This document shows, in pieces, positions 1-11,473 of a DNA stretch of 64,000 nucleotides. The notes under the pieces are model-generated. The model saw nothing but the letters and a program-made list of their open reading frames with translations. It was not told the origin of the DNA and made no database searches. Within the stretch, counting starts at the first letter, position 1. Each line of letters begins with the position of its first letter. The translations under genes were made by a program, and so were the position numbers. This DNA is from Phoronis australis (lineage: Eukaryota; Animalia; Phoronida), in contig NMRA01000020.1 of the NCBI GenBank assembly GCA_002633005.1, forward strand, positions 335,621-399,620. Reading direction: 5' to 3'.

Positions 1-98
1 TTCCACCTTTTATTGGGCAGACTGATTTTGCTACTTTCCCCTTGTCTAGTTTGCCTAGTTTCCACAGAGGGCTCAGTGCTTACCTCTTGATTTTATCA

Positions 99-176
99 GG
101 TGTTGTTAAAGGGGGTGTTGTTAAAGGGGGTGTTGTTAAAGGGGGTGTTGTTAAAGGGGGGTGTTGTTAAAGGGGT
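99..176. repeat. 15-bp tandem repeat (ggtgttgttaaaggg) x~5
   Basis: Units read directly; they explain the LLKGV-repeat ORF 100..336. Confidence 0.9.
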
Positions 177-817
177 ATTTCTCCCTATAGCGCCTTGGGG
201 TTTAAAACTACCAGGCTCATCTGATCTTGAATTATTCCCAAATGAGGCAAAAACTCCAGTCAAAGCAATGTACACCCACCATTTTCAAATTCACAATTTT
301 ACGATTGACCAACTCTTATCATGCCCAGAATTGTAGGATGACATTTGATTTTCCCAATTTACGCCTGGCCAACCCCAATAAACTCTGGAGCCTTTTCTCC
401 AGTCTTTGCTTAACAGAGCAAAATGCAGGTGGAGTTTACCGATTACTCTCAACTGGATTGTAGTGGGTTGATGTTTGAATTTCATTTAAGGATATGTAGA
501 ACCCTGGACGGATTCCTCAAAACATAGATTAGAAATGGATGATAAAATTTATATGAAACTTTCAGACATTACATGCTTCATGCGATATGTTCTCTAAAAC
601 ACGGTTAGCAATTGTCTGGTTTTTAATATTCCTTTTTGCATGAAGGGCTATCAAAAGAGGGCTTTAATGATCTTCATGGAGAAAGGGAATGATAATTTAG
701 AAAACTGCAAGAATGCGTTTGAGATTTTATCTTGAACATTCAATGCAACTGTGGCTAATTAATATGATAATCTTTTCACCTTTCTTTTTGGTAAATGTTA
801 CTGGAGAGTCAAATTCG

Positions 818-1126
818 TTAGACTTTCTACTTCTAGAATGAATCCACTTTGGTACCTTTACTGAGTGTTTAGACTTTCTACTTCTAGAATGAATCCACTT
901 TGGTACCTTTACTGAGTGTTTAGACTTTCTACTTCTAGAATGAATCCACTTTGGTACCTTTACTGAGTGTTTAGACTTTCTACTTCTAGAATGAATCCAC
1001 TTTGTTACCTTTACTGAGTGTTTAGACTTTCTACTTCTAGAATGAATCCACTTTGGTACCTTTACTGAGTGTTTAGACTTTCTACTTCTAGAATGAATCC
1101 ACTTTGGTACCTTTACTGAGTGTTTA
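818..1126. repeat. 51-bp minisatellite x6
   Basis: Unit ttagactttctacttctagaatgaatccactttggtacctttactgagtgt occurs six times, nearly identical. Confidence 0.95.
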
Positions 1127-1881
1127 AGTCTGTAGTTGTGTGTATGTTTAGCTTAATACAGACCTGTTGAGTAGATCCAACACAATCTTGATCATATTGT
1201 GTCTGGCTTCAAAATAATATTTTGGTTTGACTATGAACATGGGCTAAGCCATGTTTTCCTCATGGATCATCTTTCAGGTTTGGGGCTGTGGCGCCTTTTT
1301 CAGTCTCCTTACTGAAGTGCACTACGATATCACTAGCAGTTTTTCAATGGCAAAACCATTTAGCATGTTAGCCTGAAGAGCTGTCCGCAAAGAGGTTATT
1401 TTTGCCAGCTGTTAGTTTGTTTCCTCACCACCTGAATCGCCTTTAAGGCCAAACTTGCAAGCAATGATAAACAAAGGGTCTCTGTTTATTGCCCACCTGT
1501 CCTATGAAGCAAGCGGTTTGGCTACAAAAGTGATAGAGAAAATGCCTGCAGTTTTAAGGTAACTCATATTGCCAGCAAAATGCCAGCAAATATGTTAGCG
1601 AAAATGTTTTAGTCGGTTTGTGAACTGGGTATGACATGTTGTTATGGTGCAATCCAGTGGAGGGAGCTGAGATTGAAATTGACATTTTTTGCCTCAAGTG
1701 GCTTTTGAAAGCTTTGAGGTTGTCATCGTTGTAGAACTTGTTAAAAGTGCTCTTTACCCTAATTTGAGCAAACTGATGGGTATTCCCCAGATGTGCATAA
1801 GTGCTGAAGTGTTGTTTGACTGTAGTTCTTAAAAGTCATTCTTTCATGTCTTTCAGACCTGTCAGCCTGTTGTCATTCCTA

Positions 1882-1966
1882 ATGGCGAGTCTTAGCACTG
1901 TACTGGTGCTGCTTGTTGTTGGTGGTGCTCTTTTTTGCCACGTTGCTAGGGGCAATGGTAACATAG
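1882..1966 (+). CDS. Ig/FN3 ITIM-bearing receptor, coding exon 1 (signal peptide)
   Basis: Acceptor tttcag at 1856, ATG 1882, MASLSTVLVLLVVGGALFCHVARGNGNI (hydrophobic signal peptide), donor ag|gtaagt in phase 1 matching the next exon. An upstream non-coding exon is implied. Confidence 0.75.
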
Positions 1967-2879
1967 GTAAGTTCTTACATGGTATTTTGTGAATCCCTGT
2001 CCAGATACTTACCGTAACAACTATGAGTCTATGAATAATTTCGCGTATGCGTGTGACTCCTGGTTCTACTTGCTTTCAGAAAAAAAACATCTTCAAGGCG
2101 AAAGTTATTGATAGCAGCAGGCAAGCAATTCTGATGATTTATCAGTGCTGTAGTGGGGCGTAGGTGCACGTAGGCATATCCAACCACTTTTGGCATTTGA
2201 ACTTAGGGCCTACGCACCGTAAGAAACGTTATAGTAGGACGTAGGCGCAGTCACCCATCTTTTTACATTATGCATTAAGACTCATCGAAATCAGATGGTC
2301 CCGAGGAAACACCCCATGGGCGACTAAAAATGCTGCCAATATATCGTTTTTGGGCGTTACGCACCTAAATTTTCCTTTATAATTGTGTTTGGGCCTCCTT
2401 CAAAGACTACTTGGAATGCACGCGGACCTTTGCCTTCCTTTTTGTGTGGTTGGGCCCTCTTTCTGCGACATCCTAGATTCGCCACTGCAGACTCGAAGTA
2501 AATACCCACCCGTGAGTCAAAAATAGGCGTACATGTTTGTGAGGTGTTGCGAATGTTCACAGTTTTTCAAAACATTGTCTGATGTAGCTGTATTACACAA
2601 GTTAAAATTGACAAAGTGTTACTTTTATGCTTCCTCTTGTTCACTGGGGAAAAATGAGAAAATAAAAAATAAAATTATGTTTGTCAGCCATACTGTGTCC
2701 TTAATGGTTGAGATATTACCATAATGAAAGTGTGCTTTTATTCAGTTTCAGAGTTGAGCTTCAAACTTTATTTGTGTTGTTGGATGCATTAACACAGTGA
2801 TAGTACAATGTAGCCTTTATACCCTCAGAACAATGTTTGTACCAAGTCCACCTCTATCAGTTCAGTCAACCAGACCAAT

Positions 2880-4403
2880 AGCGGATTTGCAGCGCAGACG
2901 AACTACGCATTGCGCATGTGCGAGTTACTTCCTTCGCGAAGGCTCATGGGATAGCTTGTGGTCAGGCATGTCTTGAGCAGGCTGGATAGTGTGTGCATTT
3001 GGAGTGATTTGCAAACAAAAAACCATGTTTCATTTTTTTGCTTTATAATACCAAGCAAGTCCTCTCTCTCGTTTGTAAACACAGCGTAGCTATGATCAGT
3101 GACCGTGTGACCGAGGGCACGACTGTCGTCATGTTCAGTATTGGGGCTATCGGCGTTGATTTTGAAATCTTCTCCGGTTTCAGACAAGTTGAGAGTTCTT
3201 GGGTTGCTTAACTTTTGTATCTTTCGCCGTGGATATCCTAGAGACGTTAATTTTAAGAGGAAACTCCGTCGGACTGTTGTTCTCATACGTCTTTTTTCCA
3301 CCAGGAAAATATTCGCTGCACACACGATGGCCCCTAGGCAATTACATCACACTGGATGCCGTAGGCATTCAGGGGCGATAGTATATACATCCTCACAAAA
3401 AGTTACTCATTTCAAAAAACAGCAAATAAAATCAAATGAACCATACATATAGGAACACGGAGTTATAATAAGCACATAACACGACTCTGAATACAATTTA
3501 GTCAGCAAAACTTGAAGAAATCGATGAAAATCTGTCACGGTTTGCTCGAGTTTCTCTCAGTTACCGGGTGCCATTTTGAGGAAGTTACGTGAAATAACGC
3601 AGGTTGACGAATAAAAAGTCCAAGGGACACACATCTTACAAGTTTCACCCGATACCTTCTATGCTATTTTACAGGTGCCGTACGCTATTGTCACGCGCTA
3701 GCGTCACGCGCTTCGCTCAGTCTCGCGCTAACCTTTGCCTAACTCATGTAATTCAGTTGACATGATTTGTGGTTATCGCGCACGCGGTGATAAAATTAAC
3801 GGCAACCAAAAAAGTGGAGTTGTAATACTTCGCCAAAGTCATCTTAATTCTCACAACTAAGCTTCATCAAAGATATGTATAGAAGTAGAAAGGACCAATG
3901 ATGAAAGTAAGCGTTTTTCTTAAATGCCTTTAGTTTTAAGTGTAGAATGTATTTTTGACGAGGTGAAAACTCGAAATCGGTAACCCAAATCCGGTCACGG
4001 CCCGTTTACAATACACTGAAGTAACGAAATGAGTACAGAAAGCGAATGGAAGTATTGTAGCCCCTATATGGCCAACCGGTGGGCTACGGGTTGCCTACTA
4101 GATGGCCCCGCGTTGGTTTGAATGCGCTAAATCTCCCCTTACTCCCAACTCTCCTAATGTTGTTTGTCCATTTTTCACGAAGTTCTTGGTTTGCAGGGAA
4201 TACATAAAAACTCAGAGTTTTATCTCTCTTGTTGTTTTTGAAGCAGCCAGGAACACAACAAGTGCATCCGCCGTAAGTTTTCTTCGCGCTGGCTCATACC
4301 GCGTATTATGCTTGTTACTATGGCCGCTTTCGGAATCCTGACCACAGCACCCACAATGCACCATTTTAACCTAATTTCAATATGGCGTCGCTGCAAATCC
4401 GCT
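2880..4403 (-). mobile_element. Non-autonomous TIR DNA transposon with a decayed THAP11-like gene (apparent AT target; ISL2EU/Harbinger-group-like)
   Basis: Perfect 19-bp inverted repeat caatagcggatttgcagcg (2876-2894) / cgctgcaaatccgctattg (4389-4407). Minus strand reads CTCCVPGCFKNNKRDKTLSFYVFPANQELREKWTNNIRRVGSKGRFSAFKPTRGH, then RVCSEYFPGGKKTYENNSPTEFP, then DHSYAVFTNEREDLLGIIKQK after a frameshift. Superfamily is inferred from the AT flanks only. Confidence 0.85.
3335..4100. mobile_element. 766-bp nested insertion with 9-bp TSD and TAG...CTA ends (AcademH- or MULE-like, non-autonomous)
   Basis: gatggcccc at 3326-3334 and 4101-4109; ends taggcaa... / ...ttgcctacta; subterminal hairpin gtagccc...gggctac. 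Removing it restores the THAP frame. Confidence 0.8.
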
Positions 4404-6715
4404 ATTGACCAAAACATTCTTCAATGTATCCTTTTGATCACACAGTCAATGTATGACCAGAAGAGCCTTTGAGTGATTCTGAGTTTGGCAAATCCTAAGT
4501 ATTTACTCTGAGCTAATAATCATTTGATTCAATATTACACTTCTGTTTAAATGGCAAAGCTCACTGGTTTCAGCACAACTGTTGAATTGTGTCTAACAAT
4601 GAGGCATTATGGGATTTTGTATATAGCACAATGAAGGCAAATGGTATGCAGTAATTCCTCACTTATTTAGCCTACTCTATGGCCCATGAGCACAATTTTT
4701 TTATGTGAAATTTCTAGACAAAACTGAAGATAAAGAACATTTTAGTCCATTACCAGCATGGGTTGTAGTGTGGTTGTCATTGAACAACATTTGTTAAATT
4801 TCCCCTTATTTGCAGTAAGGTTTAATCAATCTTTGTGAATGACTATTTTGGCAATTATTTCTGTGCGGAATATGAGGAGAATCACCTGAGTTGAACTTCA
4901 ATAACGTAGAACTTCTGAATACTTATGGGTTTCCCTTTTAGTGGCCAGGCAGACGGGCAGCAATGCATGAAAGAACCCTTGAGATTTGTATAAAGATTGC
5001 AGTTTTGTTGAGGAGATTTGAAGAGTTTATGTTTACAGTGCTGTTGGAATGAACGCTGAAGGGAAATCTGTTTTTTGTTAACAGGCATTGTGTTTGTTTT
5101 AGAATGCTAAAAGGTTTTAATACTGTGCACTGTCCTTTTAACTGTCAATATGTTTTTCGTCAACTTTAAAATGTTTTCATTTTCTATTTTAGTATTCAAG
5201 TTGGCATTTGTACCCTAGGCACATTTTCTCAGGGAATCAAAATTCAAATGATTGTTCAAACCATTTATTTAAGCAAGACAATTTATACAAGAAAATTCAT
5301 TTTGCTAAAATGTCTATTTAGAAAAATGCTATAACTCCAGATATAACTCTCTACTTTAGCTTATGGGGTTGTCATTAATTATGCGAAAATAAACTCAACA
5401 AAATTTGTAAAGTTCACCTTGACAACTCTTTGGTGCATTTCTACGGTTAGGACCTAGTCTCACTAATACAATATAGCGAGTATCAAGTTCCCATCTTCAT
5501 GAGATCACTGTATGAGGCAGTGTACAGAGTTATACCCTGTTTTAAGGTATTACTATGACACAAAATGATCGTTGTCAAACAGCCATCTACTCACACAACT
5601 TGAGCGACAAGGCGTCTGTTGTTGACAAGAAAGCGCAGTGGGCAATTGAACATGTCCAGGGATACAAATGACGGGAGCTGTAATTGGTGTCGGAAAGGGG
5701 AAAATGAAGCAAAGTTTGCATATATAGATTGTATATGAAGAGTTTGTTGAAGATTTAGTAGTTATAGTGTAGAGCTAAAAGGCAAAGGAAGTCGGTTAGC
5801 AATGGGGGCAAGCTTGGGTAATGTGGCTGCTTGTGTCATGTCACAGGTTGTGTTTAGATGTATAGGTGACATGGAACGAGATGATTGAGCGTTTGTTGCG
5901 CCACCTGGTGACAGAATTGACACCACAATTGACACCCAGTCATCCCCGTGTGCCTCCTGTTGTGAAAGTTTATTTCCTCACACAACTGAAGGGGGCAGGA
6001 CAGTCAATGGCTTTGGGTCACTGTACACAGAGATCTATGAACAGAGATACCTGCCTCGAATAAATCGTAGCTGAACTGGCAGTTCACGTCAAGGCATGAA
6101 AATACAACAGCAATTGAATGAACTAGCTGCTTTTCTCACCTCGATATGAGCTGTCAGGTCTGCCATCGTTCTCTAGAGACAGACAGCTCAGCTCCTTGCT
6201 TTAAATTTACGGTGACCATTATAGTTGTAAATGTCAAGCCTCTCACCAGAAATGCACGTATTTTTAGCATTGTTGTTTAATCGGTTGTGAATAGCAACTG
6301 ACATCACTAGCCCTCTAGTCAATAAATTTTGTGACAGGTCACAATTTGCATCTTGGTCAAAATCTCAGGTCGCGTTTGTAGAATTCAGGTCGCATTTACA
6401 AATTCCAGCGTATGACATTCATAGTTGTCGATGTTTGAGAGTGAAAAAACTGAGCATCAAGGTTTAAAAAGTGATAAATTTCGATGGAGATCAGCCAGTT
6501 AGAGTAGCATATTTGGAGCTGGCATACAAGTTTTGCCGTCACATTTTTTGCTTCAATGGTAAGTGCCTTGTCTGAAAGCAACCAAAATCGTTTGCACGTC
6601 ATTTAGTGGGGTCCACCGTAGCTCACATGACCAGGAATTTGCAAGTCTTCTAGTTCATGTGAGCTGTCACAAGCCTCAACTTAAATTTCCAAATTTTAAT
6701 ATTTTGCCGCTCGTT

Positions 6716-7325
6716 TTCTTGAGCTCTGCTGTTTATTCACTGTTTTATGATACTGGAGATACTGAAACCATATTATATGTATTACATTTTACATTCTTGA
6801 GCTCTGCTGTTTATTCACTGTTTTATGATACTGGAGATACTGAAACCATATTATATGTATTACATTTTACATTCTTGACCTCTGCTGTCTATTCACTGTT
6901 TTATGATACTGGAGATACTGAAACCATATTATATGTATTACATTTTACATTCTTGAGCTCTGCTGTTTATTCACTGTTTTATGATACTGGAGATACTGAA
7001 ACCATATTATATGTATTACATTTTACATTCTTGAGCTCTGCTGTCTATTCACTGTTTTATGATACTGGAGATACTGAAACCATATTATATGTATTACATT
7101 TTACATTCTTGACCTCTGCTGTTTATTCACTGTTTTATGATACTGGAGATACTGAAACAATATTATATGTATTACATTTTACATTCTTGAGCTCTGCTGT
7201 CTATTCACTCTTTTATGATACTGGAGATACTGAAACCATATTATATGTATTACATTTTACATTCTTGAGCTCTGCTGTCTATTCACTGTTTTATGATACT
7301 GGAGATACTGAAACCATATTATACA
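6716..7325. repeat. 78-bp minisatellite x8 abutting the exon-2 acceptor
   Basis: Unit ttcttgagctctgctgtttattcactgttttatgatactggagatactgaaaccatattatatgtattacattttaca; the 26-codon unit creates the spurious ORF 6563..7351. Confidence 0.95.
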
Positions 7326-7347
7326 TAGTATACATTTTACATTTCAG

Positions 7348-7611
7348 ATAACTACTTCACTGTGAAGGGGGGCTACATCTGGATAAACTGCACTCTAGAT
7401 AGCAGCTCCTACATCCGTTATGAGAGTGCAAGAGACTCCACTTACTACGTTTTATTTTTCATTGATGGGGGATCATCAGTCCCATTGCCATCTGGCTGGG
7501 CCGTGTTCAATACAAAACGTGTGCGCATACAGGCGTCCAAGTGGGAAAGTGCAGGAGAGTACTCTTGTACCAGCGGCCGTAAAACGCAACGTTTTTATTA
7601 CTCAATCATCA
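7348..7611 (+). CDS. Receptor exon 2, Ig domain 1 (V-like)
   Basis: tttcag| ... a|gtgagt, phase 1-1; DNYFTVKGGYIWINC...ESAGEYSC...FYYSII. Confidence 0.85.
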
Positions 7612-7879
7612 GTGAGTATCGTTTTGACACAAGCGTTAAAAGTTGTTAAACATTTATTTCTTTTTCAGCTTGCCAAATTTCATTGTCGAGCATGTGAACG
7701 CCAAATGTTCTTGGAGACTCAACTTGAAAATTGACCAATCACATCATGTTAAATTGGAAATTCAACTCCAGACTTGGCGCGCAAAATTCATTAATTTTTG
7801 GGTCGAGATATGCGTAAAGTTTTGGTTGTTGACATATTGTGTTTTTATGTGATTTGGACTTCAAGGCAGTAATTAGCTA

Positions 7880-8110
7880 GTACCTCCATCTAGTGTTCAT
7901 CAGCTGGTCGCTTCCTCTAGACGTGTTTATTGACTAGTTCTCCATCCAATACTCATCAAGTAATCACTCTATCTACTGTTGATTGGTTAGCAGCTCCATC
8001 TTGTGTTAATCAGCTAACAGCTCTATCTAGTGTTTGTTGACTGAGTTGTTCATCAGCTCCTGTAGCTCCATTTAGTGTTCATCAGCTTGCATAACTCCAT
8101 CTAGTGGTCA
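7880..8110. repeat. Degenerate ~30-bp tandem repeat (ctccatctagtgttcatcagct core)
   Basis: Diverged variants of the core recur through the interval. Confidence 0.6.
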
Positions 8111-8338
8111 GTCACTGAACCTGCAAATTATTGTTGGGTTGAACGCCGTATTTCTTCGGGCGCATGAATTGAGTTAATTGCTTATTAAGTTTAGTCTTAG
8201 TCAACAATGCTCAGTTCTTGCTGTTTAAGTAAGGTAGGGTTGAGACAAATTTTCAGCGTTACATAGCCTAATCCAATGTTTTTGGCATAAAAATTTGCTG
8301 CAGGCGAGTGCATTGTGTCATTAAATTCTGCGTTTCAG

Positions 8339-8650
8339 GTCCTGCAGTCATCCATGGCAGGGAGACCTCCGTGTTAACAGTCAGGACTACTACTAGTTCA
8401 ATGCTCACCTGCAGTTCCGCCGTGAGATTAGGTAACCTCGGGCAGACCTTGCCAACAATTACGTGGATGCTGCCCTCTGGTGAGGAGGCCGGGGCTCAAG
8501 GTGTTGAAACAGTTGCAAACAACCTAAAGAATGTGTCGAGTCGCCTGGACAAACGGTTTAGCCAGGAAGATGATCAGAAGGAGATCACATGTCGTGTCAT
8601 GGCTGACAATAAAGTTGTGCAGGAAACCAAGGCAACACTGAATGTTTTAT
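8339..8650 (+). CDS. Receptor exon 3, Ig domain 2 (C2/CD80-like)
   Basis: tttcag| ... t|gtaagt, phase 1-1; MLTC...PTITW...DDQKEITCRV...ATLNVL. Confidence 0.9.
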
Positions 8651-11297
8651 GTAAGTGTTTGTGTTAGTGTTTAGCTCATCCTTTATAATTCAAAGTTCAA
8701 GTTAAATATTAGCTTTTCTATTAAACTAATATACAATGTTCTTTTTCGTCATATATACCACACGGAGTGGTGGAAAGATGGTGTTTTGATCAAATTTGTC
8801 AATAACGATTGAAAATTCTACCCCATGGTTAGCAGAGGCTGTGCTATGTATCTGTAAAAAAAATCAAGACAATACATGATGACGTTTTATTTTGTGCAAC
8901 ACAGTTGCTTACGTTTGAAAGACAGTGAGGGTAAAACTTGCATTGGACAGATCAAATTCGAGAACTATGAAAAAGTTAGATAAAACATAATTTTGTTTAA
9001 TATCTTTGTATGAATGAACTGAAGAATTATTGGGCATACTTGATACGAAAAAATTGTCTCTGTAATTAATTTCCTGGTTTTGACTCCAGGTGTTTGTTTG
9101 TACACTCCAAATTAATTCCCGTGTTCGTTTTGTGTTCCAACTTCCTATAGCTGTGGGCGTAGTTGAACCATTCAAACAGACATTTAACCTTTAGTTTAAT
9201 GCTGATGTGCATGTAACAGACACTCAGGTAAACACACAATGTTGGTTTTAGAAATTAAGCATTAAGTCTGCTCTACTTGCCTCATCTGGAGTGTCACCAA
9301 TTCTTCCTGACCAACATTATGCAAGTTATAATGGCAGTTTGGCTCAAACTATAACGGTATTCTAATGTTTTCGATATAGATGCTTGACTGGATAATATTA
9401 CAGAACTCATTGTGTTGAGTTGTAAGCCATTTCAGTCGACCCAACGTGACTCATGTCAGTAGTTGAGATGAGGCGAGTTGAGTCGAGTCGCATAGTGTGC
9501 GCCAGACTTCAAGTTTATGTCATCTTTGTTTCAACTGACAACTGTTGTCAGTGCACGAAGCATCTGCAGAAAGAGATGGACAACTTTGTGCACTGTTGGT
9601 GCAAATGAATTGCACATGAAACGATATTAACCTAGTAATTTCTAAAACAAATTTGGGCATCTTTAAAATATTTTTGTTTCCCCTTGTTTTACCATCACTC
9701 TTCAGAGGTGGGTAGGCTCCCATGTAAAATATTGTATTTTTACTTGTCTTCTTTTGGTAGTCTTATTTTGTTGCCAAAATATTTTGTTTTTACAATTTAA
9801 AAACTGTTCAATTGCGAATAAAAAGTTTTGAGTCATGCACATACTATATGGTTGGTTGCAGTGGACGAAAACAGTCTTGATATTTTTACAGGATTTTCTT
9901 ATCACATTTGTATGTTTAAGTGGTTCAGTCTTTTACTGTCTTCTGACATTGAGGCTTCTCCTCTGGCTGTGTTAACTGAGTATGACGACACATTTTCGAT
10001 GTGCAATAGGATAATGTGGTGATATAATACTAGTTTTGAAGTGTCCCCTTATGGCATCATCTACTCTTGACTTTAATTTCCAACTAAACCTTTCTTGTTT
10101 AGTCTGGCTTCAGCTTACTTTCTTTTGGCAAATTCTTGACGCCATGTATAACATTATTGTTGTCAAAAATCTTCATTTTAAGGAAGTATTGTAACCTTTT
10201 TTAAAACGGGTAATAAAATCTTTTTATATTAATCGCACTAATGGACTGCGTGGATCTCGATTTTGCTTCTTTTACTTGATTTTCTAAGTACATCGTGCAA
10301 AACTAGATTATAGTTTTGAAGAACTTGATCTGAAATTCGGCTAGTAGTGCAGATCATTGAGATGTGCTCAAGGGTCATGTTTCCTGGCTCAACAGCTATT
10401 TTGTGATAGCTTTGCCAATGTACAAAGTCATTCCTTCCGGAGATGTACCCAAATTTTTGCCCAGGACTTCTCTGGAAATTAATTAGTCCACACCCTTTGG
10501 CAATTTTCAAGTTTATACACCATGTTATCTTGTACATCCTGTGTAACTTCTGCCTTATTCTTGTCTGACTTAACATCTTATTAAAAATTAACTATAATTT
10601 TCATGTTGTATGTCCCTGCTAATGGGTTCATTATGTAATCCTGCTTTTCCCACTTGTAGAACGGGATAGGTACGTATGTATATTTGTATTGTTGTATTTC
10701 ATAGCGTTGTTGTATTTCATTGCATTGTTGTATTTTGTCGTTTTGTGTTTTACTGGTTATTTATTCTCTACAGTCTGTTGAAGTTCTTCTTTTCATTTCT
10801 TTGAATGCCACGCTGTCTTGTTCTAAATATGCCGCATCTTAAAATGCAGCGAGACGAATCTTCTTCAGAATATTTATCAAAAATTTTGTTTTAAGACAGA
10901 GACTACAATTAACATTAAATTGGTCTCTGAGTTTTTTCAGTTGATGACATTTAGAACCCTGTGCACATCATCTGAGGTCAAATTGAAGCAGTGCTAACAC
11001 TTCCTATTAAAATGTATTGTAAAATTGTATGGTTTATTTTTTGCCAATCATAGATGAAACTAGTAGGCCATACAAGGTCGGCTGGCTCCATGGAACGTGG
11101 ACAGCAAAGCCTAAAGTTGGTAGACAATAGTTACGTCACTGCTGTATTGCAGAATTTATTTAAATTTAACCATTGTGTTTTTAATTCCGTAATTGTACTT
11201 GTGATACAAATTTAAATTAGCTTCAACTATTGCACCTTTTTCCATAGATGTTTTCCTATTTCATGCAATTTGAAAGTAATTATAAACTTTTTGAAAA

Positions 11298-11473
11298 TTT
11301 TTATGAAGTGTGCAATTGCAAAGGAGGTTAATGACTGGTGTGCACAATTTTAGTTTTTATGAAGTGTGCAATATTGCAAAGGAGGTTAATGACTGGTGTG
11401 CACAATTTTAGTTTTTATGAAGTGTGCAATTGCAAAGGAGGTTAATGACTGGTGTGCACAATTTTAGTTTTTA
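11298..11473. repeat. ~57-bp tandem repeat x3
   Basis: tttatgaagtgtgcaattgcaaaggaggttaatgactggtgtgcacaattttagtt repeated three times. Confidence 0.9.

Noticed and set aside
818-1126. CRISPR-like regular array
   Set aside because: Head-to-tail identical units without unique spacers, in eukaryotic DNA with no cas genes; the same applies to the other arrays.
6563-7351. 262-aa repetitive ORF
   Set aside because: Translation of a stop-free 78-bp intronic minisatellite; no independent coding evidence.
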